Source: Camelus dromedarius (Eukaryota). From it: a stretch of 64,000 nt of DNA. Positions within the stretch are counted from its first letter, which is position 1; each line of letters begins with the position of its first letter. The notes beneath the pieces were generated by a model. The model was not told the origin of the DNA, searched no databases, and saw nothing but the letters and a program-made list of their open reading frames with translations. A program made the position numbers and the translations under genes. Of the stretch, positions 26,026 through 39,649 are shown piece after piece. The stretch lies in assembly GCF_036321535.1 (NCBI RefSeq), contig NC_087436.1, forward strand, positions 73,968,001 through 74,032,000. The letters run 5' to 3'.

Positions 26026-29000
26026 TTCAGATAATCTCCATTCTGCATCCCTATAACAACCGTATAACATACTGTTATTAGGTCTGTTTATTGAAGAAGA
26101 AACTGCTTATGTGTAGAGACTGCAAGGGACTTGCCCATCATTAGTAAGTGGTGGGGCTGTGATTCAAATCCAGGTTGGTCTCAACCACTATATTATATTG
26201 CCTCTTCAGCTTGCTTTATGAGTCAACATTTAAGTGTAGAACTCCGAGTAGGATGTGGTTCCCCCACTAATTGCCTGCATGAACTTGAGTGATTATCTTA
26301 ATCTTTTCATGTCATTAGACATGACCTAATAAATCTAATAAGTCAATAATGAATCTTGTTTTATTTGAACCACTTCTTTGCCTTCACAATCTATGGAAAC
26401 AAAGATTCAGTTCAACTTAATAAATATCTCTTTAATATCATTATGTACAAATTGAAAAAGCCCAAATAAACACCATCAAATATGTTAATTCCTGAAAGGG
26501 AGTTAATTATGTTTGGAGTAACACCACAATGAATGAACAAAACACATTTAGCTTTTCCAGTGGTAAAAAGAGAAGAGCAATGCTCACTTTAAGTTTAATG
26601 AATTACAGATACAACATGGTTTTGAATTGATATTGACTATATTGCAGGTTCTACATATGATCCTTTTTTAAGTATTCTACAACCTCTTACACAAAGAATC
26701 TTCCAGAACTTGAATGATTTTGGACCAAGGAAATCATACCAACTCTAAACATAAAAATCAAGGAAAAGGAAAGTCTAGTGTGATGGTGAAGTATTTAACT
26801 TCTATTATTGTCATATTTTGATTTAATTACTCTGGTGAGAATTCAAGTCCTCCGTAACACACTCCAAATGCTTCTTGCTTCTAGTCTTTTAGTGCATATA
26901 TTGATCATAACCTGAGCTCCACTTGAAAAAGCAGCCCATCCTTCAAGGCCACAGTTGACCCTTAAAAGCATGAAGGAGTAATCCTTGGTATCACTTATAT
27001 TCAGTGGTGAGACTCCAAGTCATAATCTCTGCTCGTGCTTGAGTGCAACTGACAAGAATATCAGACCTAGAATCCCCTGCAAATGAGGCTCACGTAAATT
27101 TGCCACAGAATTTCGACAGCACCCCTGCTTTCTCCAGTACTGGTCACTCGGTTTGGCCCTTGCCTCACCATCTGTCCCATGTTGTTCTTATTATTGCATC
27201 TAACTTGGCTTTGAAGCAGATGTTGTTTCAGCATTCCACAAGCCACAATGTGTTCTTGGAAATTATGTCTCAGTGACACCTAGTAACTATTTTCTGGCAA
27301 TGTTTTTTTCTTTCAACTTCAGGTACAGCACACTGATTAAATCTTATTCTTTAATTCATGGTGCTCCATTAGCAGTTGGGTGTGTAAGGCCCTCTCTTAG
27401 TCATTCATTCATATACTCCTTTTCTTCTCCATTTTCCACTTTTATTCCTCTGTCCTCCCTATTAGCAATCATTCTTAAGTGTATGAAGTAAGTATATCCT
27501 TCTCTCTGTATGAGTTCTGTAAAATGTATATTTTTGTTTTGTGTGGAGGCATTTTTAATATACATAAATCATGTTGTAGTAAAAATCTCATTCTTTCTTT
27601 CTTCACCTAGTGCTACATTTTTTAAAAAGTCTGAACCATGTTGTCAAGTAAAATCTAGACTGCTGTGTCTAACTGATGCCTACTTGTCCATCCATTTCAT
27701 CCATCCACACCACAGAAATGGACATGCACTTTGCCTTCAACTCACCAATACTGCTAACAATGCTGTGATGAACATCCTCATACATCTTCCCTTATGGGTG
27801 GGAATCCCTCTGGATTCCTACATCACACCCCTGAGCAGAAATGCTGGGGTAGAAGTAACATATACATCAGTCTGGGTCCTACTAGGATAACAGAAGTCAC
27901 TCTGAGCATGTAAAACCAAGGGACTTTAATGCAAAGAACAGATTACAGAGGTGATGGAAGTGCTAAGAGCCAAACAAGGGATACAAGGTATCCGAAAGGT
28001 TAGCAATAGCAGGAATGCGCCCAGCACATCCAAACTGCAGGAATTACTTGTCATAGAAGCCTGGGTCTGATGGGAGCTGGAGCCATGTCAGGGTACCTGG
28101 GGGAAGCTGGAAGAAAAAGAAGAAATATAGGTACCCCCTGGAGACAGGGGAAAAGAGAAAAACACCCTGACTTTTCCTTCCCCTACCCCCAGTCTCCTTT
28201 CAGTAAGTTCTGCTAGTTAAACTACCCCAAATGCAGCCTGCAGGTGCCAAGGCAGAGCAGGGACAGGTGAGGAATAAATCAGAGAGCAGACGGTTGTAAC
28301 ACACTGAATAGTTGATTTGACTGAGTCCTGCTAGATTGCTCTCCATATTAACCTGCACCAGCTACATCCTACCAGCAGTATATCCCCACATTCCATCTAC
28401 TCTTTACTGTCCACCACTCCAAAAAGTAGCAGTAGAGATCTCTTCCATCTTCCTTTGAATGTGCCTAGCTTATTGCAAATGCCTCGGGTATCTCTCAAAT
28501 CTAGCAGCCTGCTGGAGCTCGAGGACCCAATCATCCATCAGGCCATAACCTCTTGAGGGCAGCAACCTCTTCAGTTTTATTTGTAAGCCCCTACTTGTCA
28601 TTTTGCTCCATGGTACTGACCAAGTGATAAATACACTCACTTGCTGATTACTAGTGTCATGCCTTACCCTTTATTGTTATTATTCGGCTTTCATAGATGG
28701 CAGTTTTCAAGAAGCCACTTGTGGCACTGCGGAGAGAAGTCTCTAGGGAGAGTCTGCGGGTGAGGGAGAGAGTTGACACTCAGCCAACAAGCACAGTTTA
28801 AGACCATAATGGTTGTCAAAACACTGTGTTGGCTGGTAAATAGGCTCTCCTCTGAGCAATGCCGAGTGACCACTGTGCCCTGACTGCCTCAGCCACCTCC
28901 TTGGACCCAACCCTCCTGCCAAGATCAGCAGCTAAAGAGGTGATCCCAGCAATGGCCAGGGGACTCCAGAACCCTGCTGCTGCAATCTGGCCGGCCAGTC

Positions 29001-29579
29001 TCCAGATCGGTTCTTGCATATGTCATACTGGCTGTTAAATATTTTAAATATCCTTCCCCTGGAGGAGTATCACAAAAGACATATACGGGGAAGTCTGCAG
29101 ACTTTTGGGTGTCCTATGACTCCCAGAAGCCTCATTTCTATGTGTGATGATGGCAGACAGAATTCTCCAGGATTACTTTCCTGATAGAAAATGTTCCATA
29201 TGTTTCTTGTTTTTCTATTCACGTATAGCATACACAGCAAAGTGCGCAAATCTGAAGTGTACAGCTCACTGAATTTTTATATGTGTGCACCCCCATATCC
29301 ACCACTGAGATCAAGATATAGGACATTGCCAGCATCCCAGCTGGCTCCATTCTGCCTCTTTGCCATCAATTACCTTAAATAACCACAGTTTTGCCTGTTT
29401 CAAAACTTCATGTAAATGGAAGCATTAAGTCCATACTCTTTTCAGTCTGTCTTTCTTTTGTTCAACATGAACAGTATTCTTCCTTTGGGGTTTATTTGGC
29501 TATTTTTCCAATTTGTTCATTTGGGTTCTTAGCTCATTAATTTGCAACCTTTCTTCTTCTTTCTTTTTTTTTGCATTTT

Positions 29580-31855
29580 TTAACAATTTAAAAAAATTGT
29601 GGCAAAATAAATATGACATAAAATTTGCCATTTTAACCATTCTAAGTGTACAACTCGGTGGCATTAATACATTCACAATGCTCTGCAAGCATCACGACTA
29701 TCTATTTCCAAAAATTTTCACCAACTCAAACAGAAATTCTGTACTCAGTAAGGAGTAACTCCCTATTCTTACTCCCACTAGTCCCTAGTAACCTCTAACT
29801 TACTTCCTGTCCTAACGAATTTGCTTATTCTAGATATTTCATATAAGTGGAGTCATACAATATCTGTCCTTTTGCATTTGGCTCTTTTCATTTAACATAA
29901 TATTTTCAATTCATGCATGTTGTAGCATGTATGAGAACTTCATTTCTTTTATGGTTAAGCAGTATTCCATTGTGTGTATAAATCACATTTTGTTTATCCA
30001 TTTATTTGCTGATGGAAATCTGGGATGTTTCTGCCTCTTGGTTATTGTGAATAATGCTGCTGTGAATATTCTGTACAAATATCTAAGTCCCTGTTTTCCA
30101 GTTCTGAGGGTTTTATACCAAGACTGGAGTTGCTGAGTCATAGGGTAAGCCTATGTTTAGCTTTTTGAGGAACTGCCAAACTGTTTTTCACAGCAGCTGC
30201 ACCATTTTACATTCCACCAGCAATGCACAAGGGTTCCAATTTCTCCACATCATTTCCAACCTTTGTAATTTTTTGTATTTATTTGTTTGTTTCTTTTTAT
30301 AACCATCCTAGTTGGTGTGAAGTAGTATCTTATTGTGGTTTTGATTTGCATCTCACTAATGACTAATGATGTTGAGCATCTTTTAACATGTTGATTGGCC
30401 ACTTGTATATCTTTTTTGGAGGAGTATCTATTCAAGTCCTTCATCTGTTTTTTAACTGGACTGTTTGTTTTTTTGTTGTTAAGTGATAGGAATTTTTAAA
30501 AATATATTCTGGATACTATACTCTTATCAGATATTTGAGTCACAAATATTTTCTCCCATTCTGTGGATTGTTTTTTCACTCTCTTGATAGTGCCGTTTGA
30601 TGCACAACACAATGATGGTTTGTGATTTTTATGAAGTCCAGTTAATCTATTTTTTTTCTTTTTTGCTCCTGCCTTTGATATCATATATAAGAAACCATTG
30701 TCAAATCCAAGGTTATGCAAATATGCTCCTATATTTTCTTCTAAGAAAGTTATAGTTTTAGCTCTTAAATTTGTCTTTAATCCATGTTTGAGTTGATTTT
30801 TGTATATTCTATAAGTTAGGGGTCCAGCTTCATACTTTTGCATGTGGCTCTCCATTTTTCCCAGTATGATTTAATTTTTTTCCTTTTTCAGTTTTATTAG
30901 GTAGAATTATTACAGTTTGACTGCACATACATATTATATTGCATGTAAATACATATATACAGTATACTGCATATTTTTTAGTTTACATATATGTACTAAT
31001 TATTGTTTCTAAGAACAGATTAGATCTTTAGCTTTTTAAACTTATATAGTTATCACAGGAATAAAGCCAACTATCAAATAATAATCAACAGAATGCAGTA
31101 ACCCAATCATAAAGGATAGTCAAATGTGCTTACACATATTCAAGAAATCAAAATAATAGTTCATTTGTGTCCTTACTATTATTGTTATTATTTTTTAGAT
31201 TCCTCATATAAATGATGTCATATGGCATTTATTCTTTCTCCTTCCCGCCCACTTCACTTAGAATGATAATCTTTAGGTCCATCCATATTGCTGCAAATGG
31301 CATTATTTTATTCTTTTTTTAAGGCTGGGTAGTGTTACATTGTATATATGTACCACATCTTTATCCAGTCATCTGTTGATGGACATTTCGGTTGTTTCCA
31401 TGTCTTGGCTATCATAAATTGTGCTGTTATGAACATTGGGGTGCTCCAGTATCATTTATTGAGGAGATAATTCTCTCCTCATTGGTCTTGCCACTCTTGT
31501 CAAAAATCAATTGACCATAGATGTGAGAGTTTATTTCTGGGCTCTCAATTCTATTTCATTTGTCTATATAGATGGTTTTGATCATCGCAGCTTTTTGTAT
31601 GTTTTGAAATAAGGAAATGTGAGTCTTCCAACTTCACTCTTCTTTTTCAAGATTGTTTTGACTATTTTGGGTCCATTGACCCAAAATTCTATATAAATTT
31701 TAGGATGAGTTTTTCCATTTCTTCCAAAAACATCACTGGGGCTTTGATAAGGATTGCATTGGATTAGTATATCACTGCGGGTAGTACTGTCTTCTTTATA
31801 TTAAGTCTTCCAATTCATAAACATGAGATATATTTCCATTTATTTAGGTCTTAAT
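29580..31855 (-). mobile_element. Older L1 (L1MB-like; ORF2 end plus 3' UTR), split by a younger insertion at 30874-31445
   Basis: Antisense ORF2 remnants (MKDLNRYSSKKDIQVANQHVKRCSTSLVISEMQIKTT); host sequence resumes after the TSD. Confidence 0.88.
30874..31445 (-). mobile_element. Nested younger L1 fragment with an atypical 3' segment
   Basis: TSD CCAGTATGATTTA (30861-30873) / CCAGTATCATTTA (31446-31458); L1 3' UTR at 31158-31445; minus-strand AATAAA at 30893-30898. Confidence 0.75.
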
Positions 31856-31859
31856 TTTT

Positions 31860-34700
31860 CTTCATTTTCAGTTTAATAATTTAAGGTGATTTCATTCTAA
31901 GTATCACTTTAGCTTTATCCTACAATTTTTGGTATTCCTACATTTATTCTTTAATTTCCACTTTGGTATCTTCCTTATTTGTGTGGTTTTATTTTCAAAT
32001 AAATGCTTTTAAATATGATTTTATTACTGATATCTAACTTAACTGCAGTCTGATCAGGGTTGTGGGTTAAATGATACTAAGTCAGAGATGTGTTAAAACT
32101 TGCTTTATGAACTTGTATATATAATGTTCTATATCCTTCTGAAAAGAATGTGTTTTCTGTGATTGTTGGATGCAAAGTTCCACATACATTCATTAGATCA
32201 AGCTTTAAATCCTTTGTCCTCACTGATTTTTTTGGTCTGTTTGATTTATTACTGAGAGTTGTACTAAAGTCTTCCCATTAGGATAGTGTATTAATTTCTC
32301 TTTATAGCTCTATCAATTTTCCTTTTTATACTTTAACTTGTGTTATTAGGTGCACACAAGTTTAGAATTGTATATCTCTGTTTACTGTGTATGCATTCTA
32401 TCATTTTTGCATAATGATACTTTTAATATTTTTATATCTCTAATGATCTTTTTTGTCTTAAAGTTTATTCTGCCTGATATTAATATGGTTATATCAGATT
32501 TCTTTTGGTTAATATCTGCCTAATATATATTTCTTTATATTTCTTTAATCAATATATGTATCCTCTTCTTAATTAAATAAAATAATTCAGTATTTTAGAT
32601 AAGTCTTTTTTATTAATCTTCACTAATTAGAATTTATTATGATTTTATACAACCTACTTTTTAAAAGAATACCTACAGATTTATAATTTTCCTTGTTCAA
32701 CATTTCATCTGATATTAATATTCATGTTGGGATCATTTCTCTTTTATCTGAAGTGCAACCTTTAGAATTTTCTTTAGTTATTGTCTTTTGATGATAAATT
32801 CTACTAGTTTTTGTCTAAAAATGTTTTTGATCCATATTATTGAAAGATAGTTTTACTAACTATTCAATTCTAAATCAACCGTTGTTCTCACTGAAACCTT
32901 GATTATTTAATGTCTTTGTCTTCTTTCACTGGTTTATATGTTAGCTTTTAGTCTGTTCTTTTTGTTCCTTTGTAATTAATCCACCTTTTCTATCTGGCTA
33001 CTTTTAATGTCAACTATTTGTCTTTTGCATTTATGGTGAAATGTTAAGTGAGATTTTATTCTTATTTATCTTATTCAGGGTCCATTGTTCTTCCTGATAT
33101 TGGGGATTTGTTTTTTCAATCAAGTCTGGAAAATTCTTAACCATTATCTTTTAAAATATCGCCTCTCAATAGACATTTTCCCAAAGAAGACATAAAGATG
33201 GCCAACATACTTCTAAGCAGATTTCCATAAGAAGATGGTTGTTCAACATCACTGACTATCAGAAAAATGCAAATCAAATAAGATATCACCTCACACCTGT
33301 AAGAATGGCCATCATCAAAAAGACTACAAATGACAAATATTGATTAGGATGTGGAGAAAGAGGCACCCTTGTACACTGTTGGTGAGAATATAAATTGGTG
33401 CAGCCACTGTGTGAAACAGAATGGAGGGTCCTCAAAAACCTAAAAATAGAACTACCATATGATCCAGCAACTCCACTCCTGGATATATATCTAAAGAAAA
33501 CAAAACACTAATTTAAAAAGATACATGCACTCCAATGTTCATAGCAGTATTATCTATAATAGCCAAAATATGGAAGTAGCCTAAGTGTCCATCAACAGAT
33601 GAATGAATAAAGAAGATTCCACACACACAATGGAATACCACTCAACCATTAAAAAGAATGAAATTGTGCCATTTGTAACAACATGGATGGACCTGGAGGG
33701 TATTATGCTTAGTGAAGTAAGTCAGATAGAAAACGACAAATTCTGTATGATATCACTTATATGTGGAGTTTAAAAAAATAAAAAAACTAGTGAATATAAC
33801 AAAAAAGATACAAACTCACAGATATGGAGAACAAACTAGTGGTTACCAGTGGGGAGAGGGAAGGCGCATGATAGAGGTAGGGGATTAAGAAGTACAAACT
33901 ACTGTGTATAAAAATAAGCTACAATGATATATTGTACAGCACAGGGAATAAAGCCAATATTTTATAATAATTTTAAAGTGATATAATCTATAAATTTTTT
34001 GAATTGCTATTTTGTACATCTTAATATAATATTGTAAATCAACTATATCTCAATTTAAAAAATAAATAAAAATAAAATATTGCCTCTCTCCAATTCTACC
34101 ATCTTCTTAAGGAAATCTCCTTAGAACTATGTTAGGTCTTACTCTTTTCCTCCATATCTTCATATCTCTTCTCTTTCATATTTTCTATATGTTTACATTT
34201 TTGTAGTGTACTTTGGCATTTATTCAGAACTATTTCTAGTTTACTAATTCTCTCTTGAGCTGGTCTAATCTATTTAACCAGTCCATAGAGGTTTTAATTG
34301 CAATGATTATATTTCATTTATATCAGCTCTATTTGGTTCTTTTTCACATCTACTTTAAGAAATAGTTTTTATATTTTGCTCATATTTCCAATTTCCTCTA
34401 TTATTTCCTAAACATACTGTAAATGTTTATTTTATGCATGTAAATATATACATTTATACATAACTAGTCATATTTATTTATATTCTGCATCTAAACATTC
34501 GATGCATACAATTTCTAGAGATCTGATTCTTTGTTGTTTCTGTTGTCCCTCAGTCATTGTGCCTTATTTCCTCATGGATTTTGTCATTTTTGTTGGTGAG
34601 CTCATGTCCATTGTGAATTTATCTGTAGCAAAAATTCTGTGAGAACTGGGCTGAGTGTATGGTTGTCTAGGCTCACTGCAGTCCAGAAGGGATGATTTAT
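31860..34700 (-). mobile_element. Highly diverged ancient L1 fragments
   Basis: T-rich antisense L1-like sequence (e.g. caagtctggaaaattcttaaccattatc); boundaries approximate. Confidence 0.55.
33168..34072 (+). mobile_element. 5'-truncated L1 inserted in an older L1
   Basis: ORF2 end plus 3' UTR and A tail; 16-bp TSD TAAAATATCGCCTCTC (33152-33167) / TAAAATATTGCCTCTC (34073-34088). Confidence 0.9.
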
Positions 34701-35499
34701 AGCACTTGGTCCAGATGCCAAGGGTCTTTACCAATCCAAGACCGTTTTATAACATCTCAGCTTAAAGTTCTGTTGTTTTTGTTGTTCAAATGCTTTTTTT
34801 TTTTCCTGGAAAGTATGTGAACTAAGTCTTATTGCAGTAAAGTGTTTCAGAGATAGTAATTAGTCCTTGAGTGGGAAAAATCCAGTAATGTTTGACAACA
34901 CTGTTATGCATATTTAAGTAATCCTATTTGGAAATAAAATGATCACACTACCTGCCAATAAGGCTAGAAAAAGCAGCTGGAACTCCTCATCCTCACTCTT
35001 AAATAACACCTACTCATAGATTACTCTATGCAATGCATTTTACCTTTGTGTTGCAACAGAGAAAGAAGAGGGGAGAGAAGAGAATGAATGAGAGATCCTC
35101 TGAATAATGACTGTAATTAAGGTACGGAATGTGGTGAAATAAAAAGAATCTTACTTATTTTCTACCAGATATGAAATCAAAATTACTATATGGAGCAAAT
35201 ATCAACTTATGAGGATGCAAGAATCATGAAAATAGGTGGTTTCTTATTAATCCATGCAACAAACACTAGAAACTAAGTAACAAGATGACAAAGACAAGTC
35301 TGTTTTATTCCCTATTGCATCGCCAGTGCCTAGCATGGCAACCACAGAGTACCTACTGTGTGCCAGGCACAGTACTAGCAGCAAGGTGGACATGACCCTT
35401 ACCCTCAGTCCTATCGAGAAATCTTCCTTCCTCAGTCATAAAAGCCTGAATTTGCAGTCAAACAAACTAATATTAAAGATATTATCAAAGATAATAAAA

Positions 35500-35860
35500 A
35501 CAACTAATCGCGCTCTTTATCATGACTATATCCATAGCTTTCTCCTTTAACTGACTCTTCTACAACAGCTCTGTGAAGTAGTCAGGCAAATATTACCATC
35601 CCCAGTTCACAGCTGAGATAATAACAATACTCAACAGTTACTGAGGGATTCTTACTTGCCAGCACTGCATTAAATGCTTTACATTCATTATCTTATTGAA
35701 TTTCCCAATAACCCTATAGGCAGATACTATTATTTCCCCCATTTTCAGACTAGGAAATAATGAACCTGAAACAAATTTAAGCAACTGTGCCTGGGGGTGA
35801 ATAATTATGAAGAGGCATAACTGTGATTTATTTAAGGTAGTGGGACTCCAGGGCTTTCCA
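35500..35860 (-). mobile_element. Two adjacent MIR fragments
   Basis: Two MIR cores (accatccccagttcacagctgag; ccccattttcagactaggaaa). Confidence 0.7.
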
Positions 35861-36574
35861 TTGTGCCCAGAAAAGGCAGCTGAACCCCCACAGCAAGTGA
35901 AGATGCGGGAACTAGTACCAGCCAAGGCACCTTTACGACAATCCAGATACTTAACAGGTGCCCAAAGGTGAAGCTAATTTATTCCCAGAGACTTCGAAGA
36001 GAAGATTCATCTTCAAATGACTACAAAAAGTATCCCACCATGACACACACAATTTAACTGCAATAATTTGGGGAGGGATGTTTTTGCTTCACTTCCTTTA
36101 GAAGCAACGCTTCCTATTTCAATCAGGAACACCAGAAGTAGCAAGAGAACTCAGCAAACCCAAAGTACATCCCCATGCAATCCATATTTACGTGGGCATC
36201 TGCCTATCAGGGCCAACAAGATGGCAATTTCATGGCTGAGGTGTCGAGGCAAAAGAATCAACACAAGGGCTGGAAGGGACTCTGGAAAGCAGCTGGTGAT
36301 GAGCTAGACACCACTAAGCAGCGCTCGATTTACAGAGGCGGTGAGGCTCACGGAGTGCCAGGATTTCCAGAAAAAAAATCCGGACTAAAAGGCCTTCCCA
36401 ACATTAGAAATCAGGCTATTCCTCTCTGTCCCTTTCCACTCTTTCTCTTGCTCTGTCTCCAGCGGCTTTCATCCTTTCTTCAACAACACATTTTTTGAAA
36501 CAGTAGTGAGCAGAAAAAACAATGAACAAGCCTTTCCAACAGATTAAAACAGAATTAAACCAAGAACCTGATCC

Positions 36575-37090
36575 TTCGCGCTTCCCCTACCACGATCCAC
36601 GCCCCGGGCGCTGGTTAGAAGGCTAGGGTGCGCCGCGGTTGCAGGGCGCAGGGGCGCCCCGGGGCCGCGTGTTCTCCGGGATCAGCCAGATTGCGCGGGG
36701 GGGGGGGGGGGGCGCCTGGGCTGCTCCGCGCTCCAGGCGAGTCTGGGCAGAGCACAGCTCCGCGGTCTCCTAGCGACCCGAGGGCGGGGAACACGCACCA
36801 CCGGGGACCGGGTGGGCAGCCGGGGCACCATGGCTGACTGTGGGCGGCTATTCCCGCCCGCGCCGCGGGCCCGGGTGCCGGTGGCGGTGGACTGCAGGCC
36901 CTGGTAAGCGCGCGCCCGGGGGAAGGTGCATCCTGCCCGTGCCGCGTGGGGGCGCCAGCACCCTGTGCTCGCGGGGGTTGGGGGCTGAGGGGTGGTCATG
37001 GAGGGCCTGGCGGCCTTTCCTCCTCCGGGTCCCCGCACTTAAATGATCATAATATAAAATAACCAGCTCGCGACCCTCCTCGCTGCCAAG
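36575..37090. promoter_or_regulatory. FAM47E: CpG island: FAM47E promoter
   Basis: Local CpG-rich block over FAM47E exon 1; GC box GGGCGGGG near 36782; G16 tract at 36697-36712. Confidence 0.88.
36830..36903 (+). CDS. FAM47E: FAM47E coding exon 1 (74 nt)
   Basis: Kozak gcaccATGG; MADCGRLFPPAPRARVPVAVDCRP+TG; donor TG|GTAAGC; phase 2 joins exon 2 in frame. Confidence 0.85.
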
Positions 37091-37469
37091 GACAATTTTT
37101 TTCTGTTATCCTCACAACCCCCCCCCCCAGGGGATGTAGATTAACATACCTATTCCGGATGGGAAAGTGATGGTCAGAGTCCTCTGCGGAGGCTAGTTTA
37201 GCCGGCGACCCAGCCTTCTTCGGTTAGACAGCGGGATCCTCCATCCAGTGTGAGGGGTCTGCTGCGCTTGAAGCCTTTGGCCACCTAGTTGGTGACTGTG
37301 GCCGAGTCGAGCCCGTGTCTAGGGAGTGCCTGAGTACTGGGGTGGTCTGCTGCCGTTCTGAATGGTTAGTGGCAGCGCCACAGGGAAAGAATTCGAGGCT
37401 TTTTGTCTTTGCTGATTCCTTGAGCTATTTATGAGAATGGAATTCGGCTCTCTTGGAGGGAGCACGATA

Positions 37470-37655
37470 TGGTGGTTCAGATTCCAATGTCTAGATCAGA
37501 AAGGCAGGAGTTGATGGCCAGTTCTCCTCTTGTTTGCCTGGTGACTCTAGGCAAGTTAGTTGCACTTTCTGGGCTCAGTTTTCTTAACTGTAAAATGCGG
37601 ACAATAAAAGAAATCAGCTTTATAGGATTGTTGTGAACCTTAACCAGCACAGCAC
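37470..37655 (+). mobile_element. MIR
   Basis: gtgactctaggcaagttag...ctcagttttcttaactgtaaaatg. Confidence 0.75.
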
Positions 37656-37741
37656 ATGTAAAGCAGTTACTGCCACATATATGCACATGCACATATACAT
37701 GTTAGCAATTGTGAACTCTTTGAAAACCTCCCCACCCCATT

Positions 37742-38420
37742 TTCAAACTTTTTGTTTTGAAATAAGTATAGATTCACAAGAAAGTGCAGAAATAGTGCAG
37801 AGGTCCCATGTACCTTTCCTCCAGTTGCTTCCAGTGGTACCATCTTGCATAAGGATAGCACATTACCAAAGCAGATTTCCTGGCACATACGGAAGACTAT
37901 AGATTTTACTTGAATTTCACCAGTTTTTACTTGTACGTGTGTGTGTGTGTGTGTGCATGTGCACGCGTGTAGTTCTGCAAAATACTGTCATATGTATAAC
38001 ATCGAGATATAAAACTGTTTCCTCACCACAAGGGAACCACTTCATGCTACACCTCACCATCACTCATTTTCCTCCCCACAACACTTGGCAACCACTAATT
38101 TGTTCTCCATTTCTGTAATTTTGTTCTTTTGAGAATGTTAGATAAATAGAGTAATACAGTATAAAACTTCTTGAGATAGGCTCTTTTTCATTCAGCATAA
38201 AGCCCTTGAGAGCCATCCAAGACATTGTGTGCATCAATAGTTCATTTTTACAACTGAGTAGTATTTCATGGTATGGATGTACCACAGTTTGTTTATCTAT
38301 TCATCTGTTGAAGGACATTCAGGTTGTTTCTAGTTTATTACACATAATGCTACTATTAACATTTGTGTACAGGTTTTTGGGTGAACATAAGTTTGCATTT
38401 GTTCAGGATAAATGCCCAGT
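37742..38420 (-). mobile_element. L1MC-type 3' end
   Basis: ttttgaaataagtatagattcacaagaaagtgc...ggataaatgcccag, with an internal (TG)n. Confidence 0.8.
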
Positions 38421-39649
38421 ACTCTTTCGCTATTCTTAAAGATGGCAGTATTGATGTATCATATAGTGACTGTGAAAATAGTCAATGTTTAGAAAAAAAT
38501 GTTTGAGTTTTATTTTCTAGGTCAAGCAAAATTTTTCATGAACTTAACAGAATGCAGAGAGGTAAGTTTATCAGCTGTGAGAGGCAAAGTGGGGTAGTGG
38601 GAAGCCCTCCAGCCAGACTATTGCTTTATTCACTTCTTTGGAACTCAGTTTTCTCACTGCAAAGTGAGGAAGGTGGACTAGATTTCTTTCAGTGTTTCTA
38701 CCAAATCTAACATTCTATGAGGCTTGAGTTACCTGCCACACTGTCCCCATTTTGAGTTGTATGACTCTGCTTAAGTAAAACTATTGGTTATCAGATTTGA
38801 TTTTATGAAGTGCTTGGATGTTTGAATTAGTTGTAAATGTGTGGAAAACAGACTTTGTAAAAGTATTTAATACTGTGGAGGGTAACTTGCTAATAGGTCA
38901 TGCTGAGTGGGTCATCAAATCTCAAGGTTAGATGGAATTTCAACATCCCCACCACTTAGCTACTTAAGAGTGATTTGTTAATTGCAAAGAGCAACTTTTC
39001 ATAAATTCATGTTTTTGTGTCCTTTCATCCAGATCTTCACAGTAGAGATGGATTAAGCCCTTAAAACACACATGTGTATGCACAACAAGCAAGAAGTTTC
39101 TAGGACTCACAAGAAAAGAATAGGGATCAAGCTGGAATCTCTTAAAAATGTTTTGTGCCTCTAAGGATGAATACAGCAAGGCGCAGGTTTGGTGTAACGA
39201 GTCATTATAGATGAAAGGGGCCTGGAAGTGGAAAAGACTTCAAGGAAAGACACCAATACTATAGTAATATCTGACTAGGGCAGTGTGATGTATTAGGACA
39301 ATGAGTGACCTGCCATTAAGGTGCTCAGTTTCCAAGTCCTGACCTTGGCAATGGCTGGATATATTAGATTATCTAGGAACTGCTCTCATTTTCTTTCCTA
39401 TATGCCCAGCTACCTCTTCCATCTTGTCTTAATGCTAACTATTCAGTGCAACCAGGGGCCTGATGAGTAAAGAAATGATGAAGCAGGCAATAGGGAGTGG
39501 TGGAGACTGTGACTAAGAGAGGACAGGACTTGTCTAAAGATGGCAGTCATGATACCAATTGTGGCTCCATAGAAAGGTAGACTCAGTGTTCCCAGAGTTC
39601 CTGATTTTTGTTCCAGACTGTTTATGTGAACTTTTTTATATGTCAGAAA

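Noticed and set aside
36628..37046. Alternative ORFs over the FAM47E island
   Set aside because: GC-content artefacts; only the ATG at 36830 has a Kozak context, a donor and phase continuity with exon 2.
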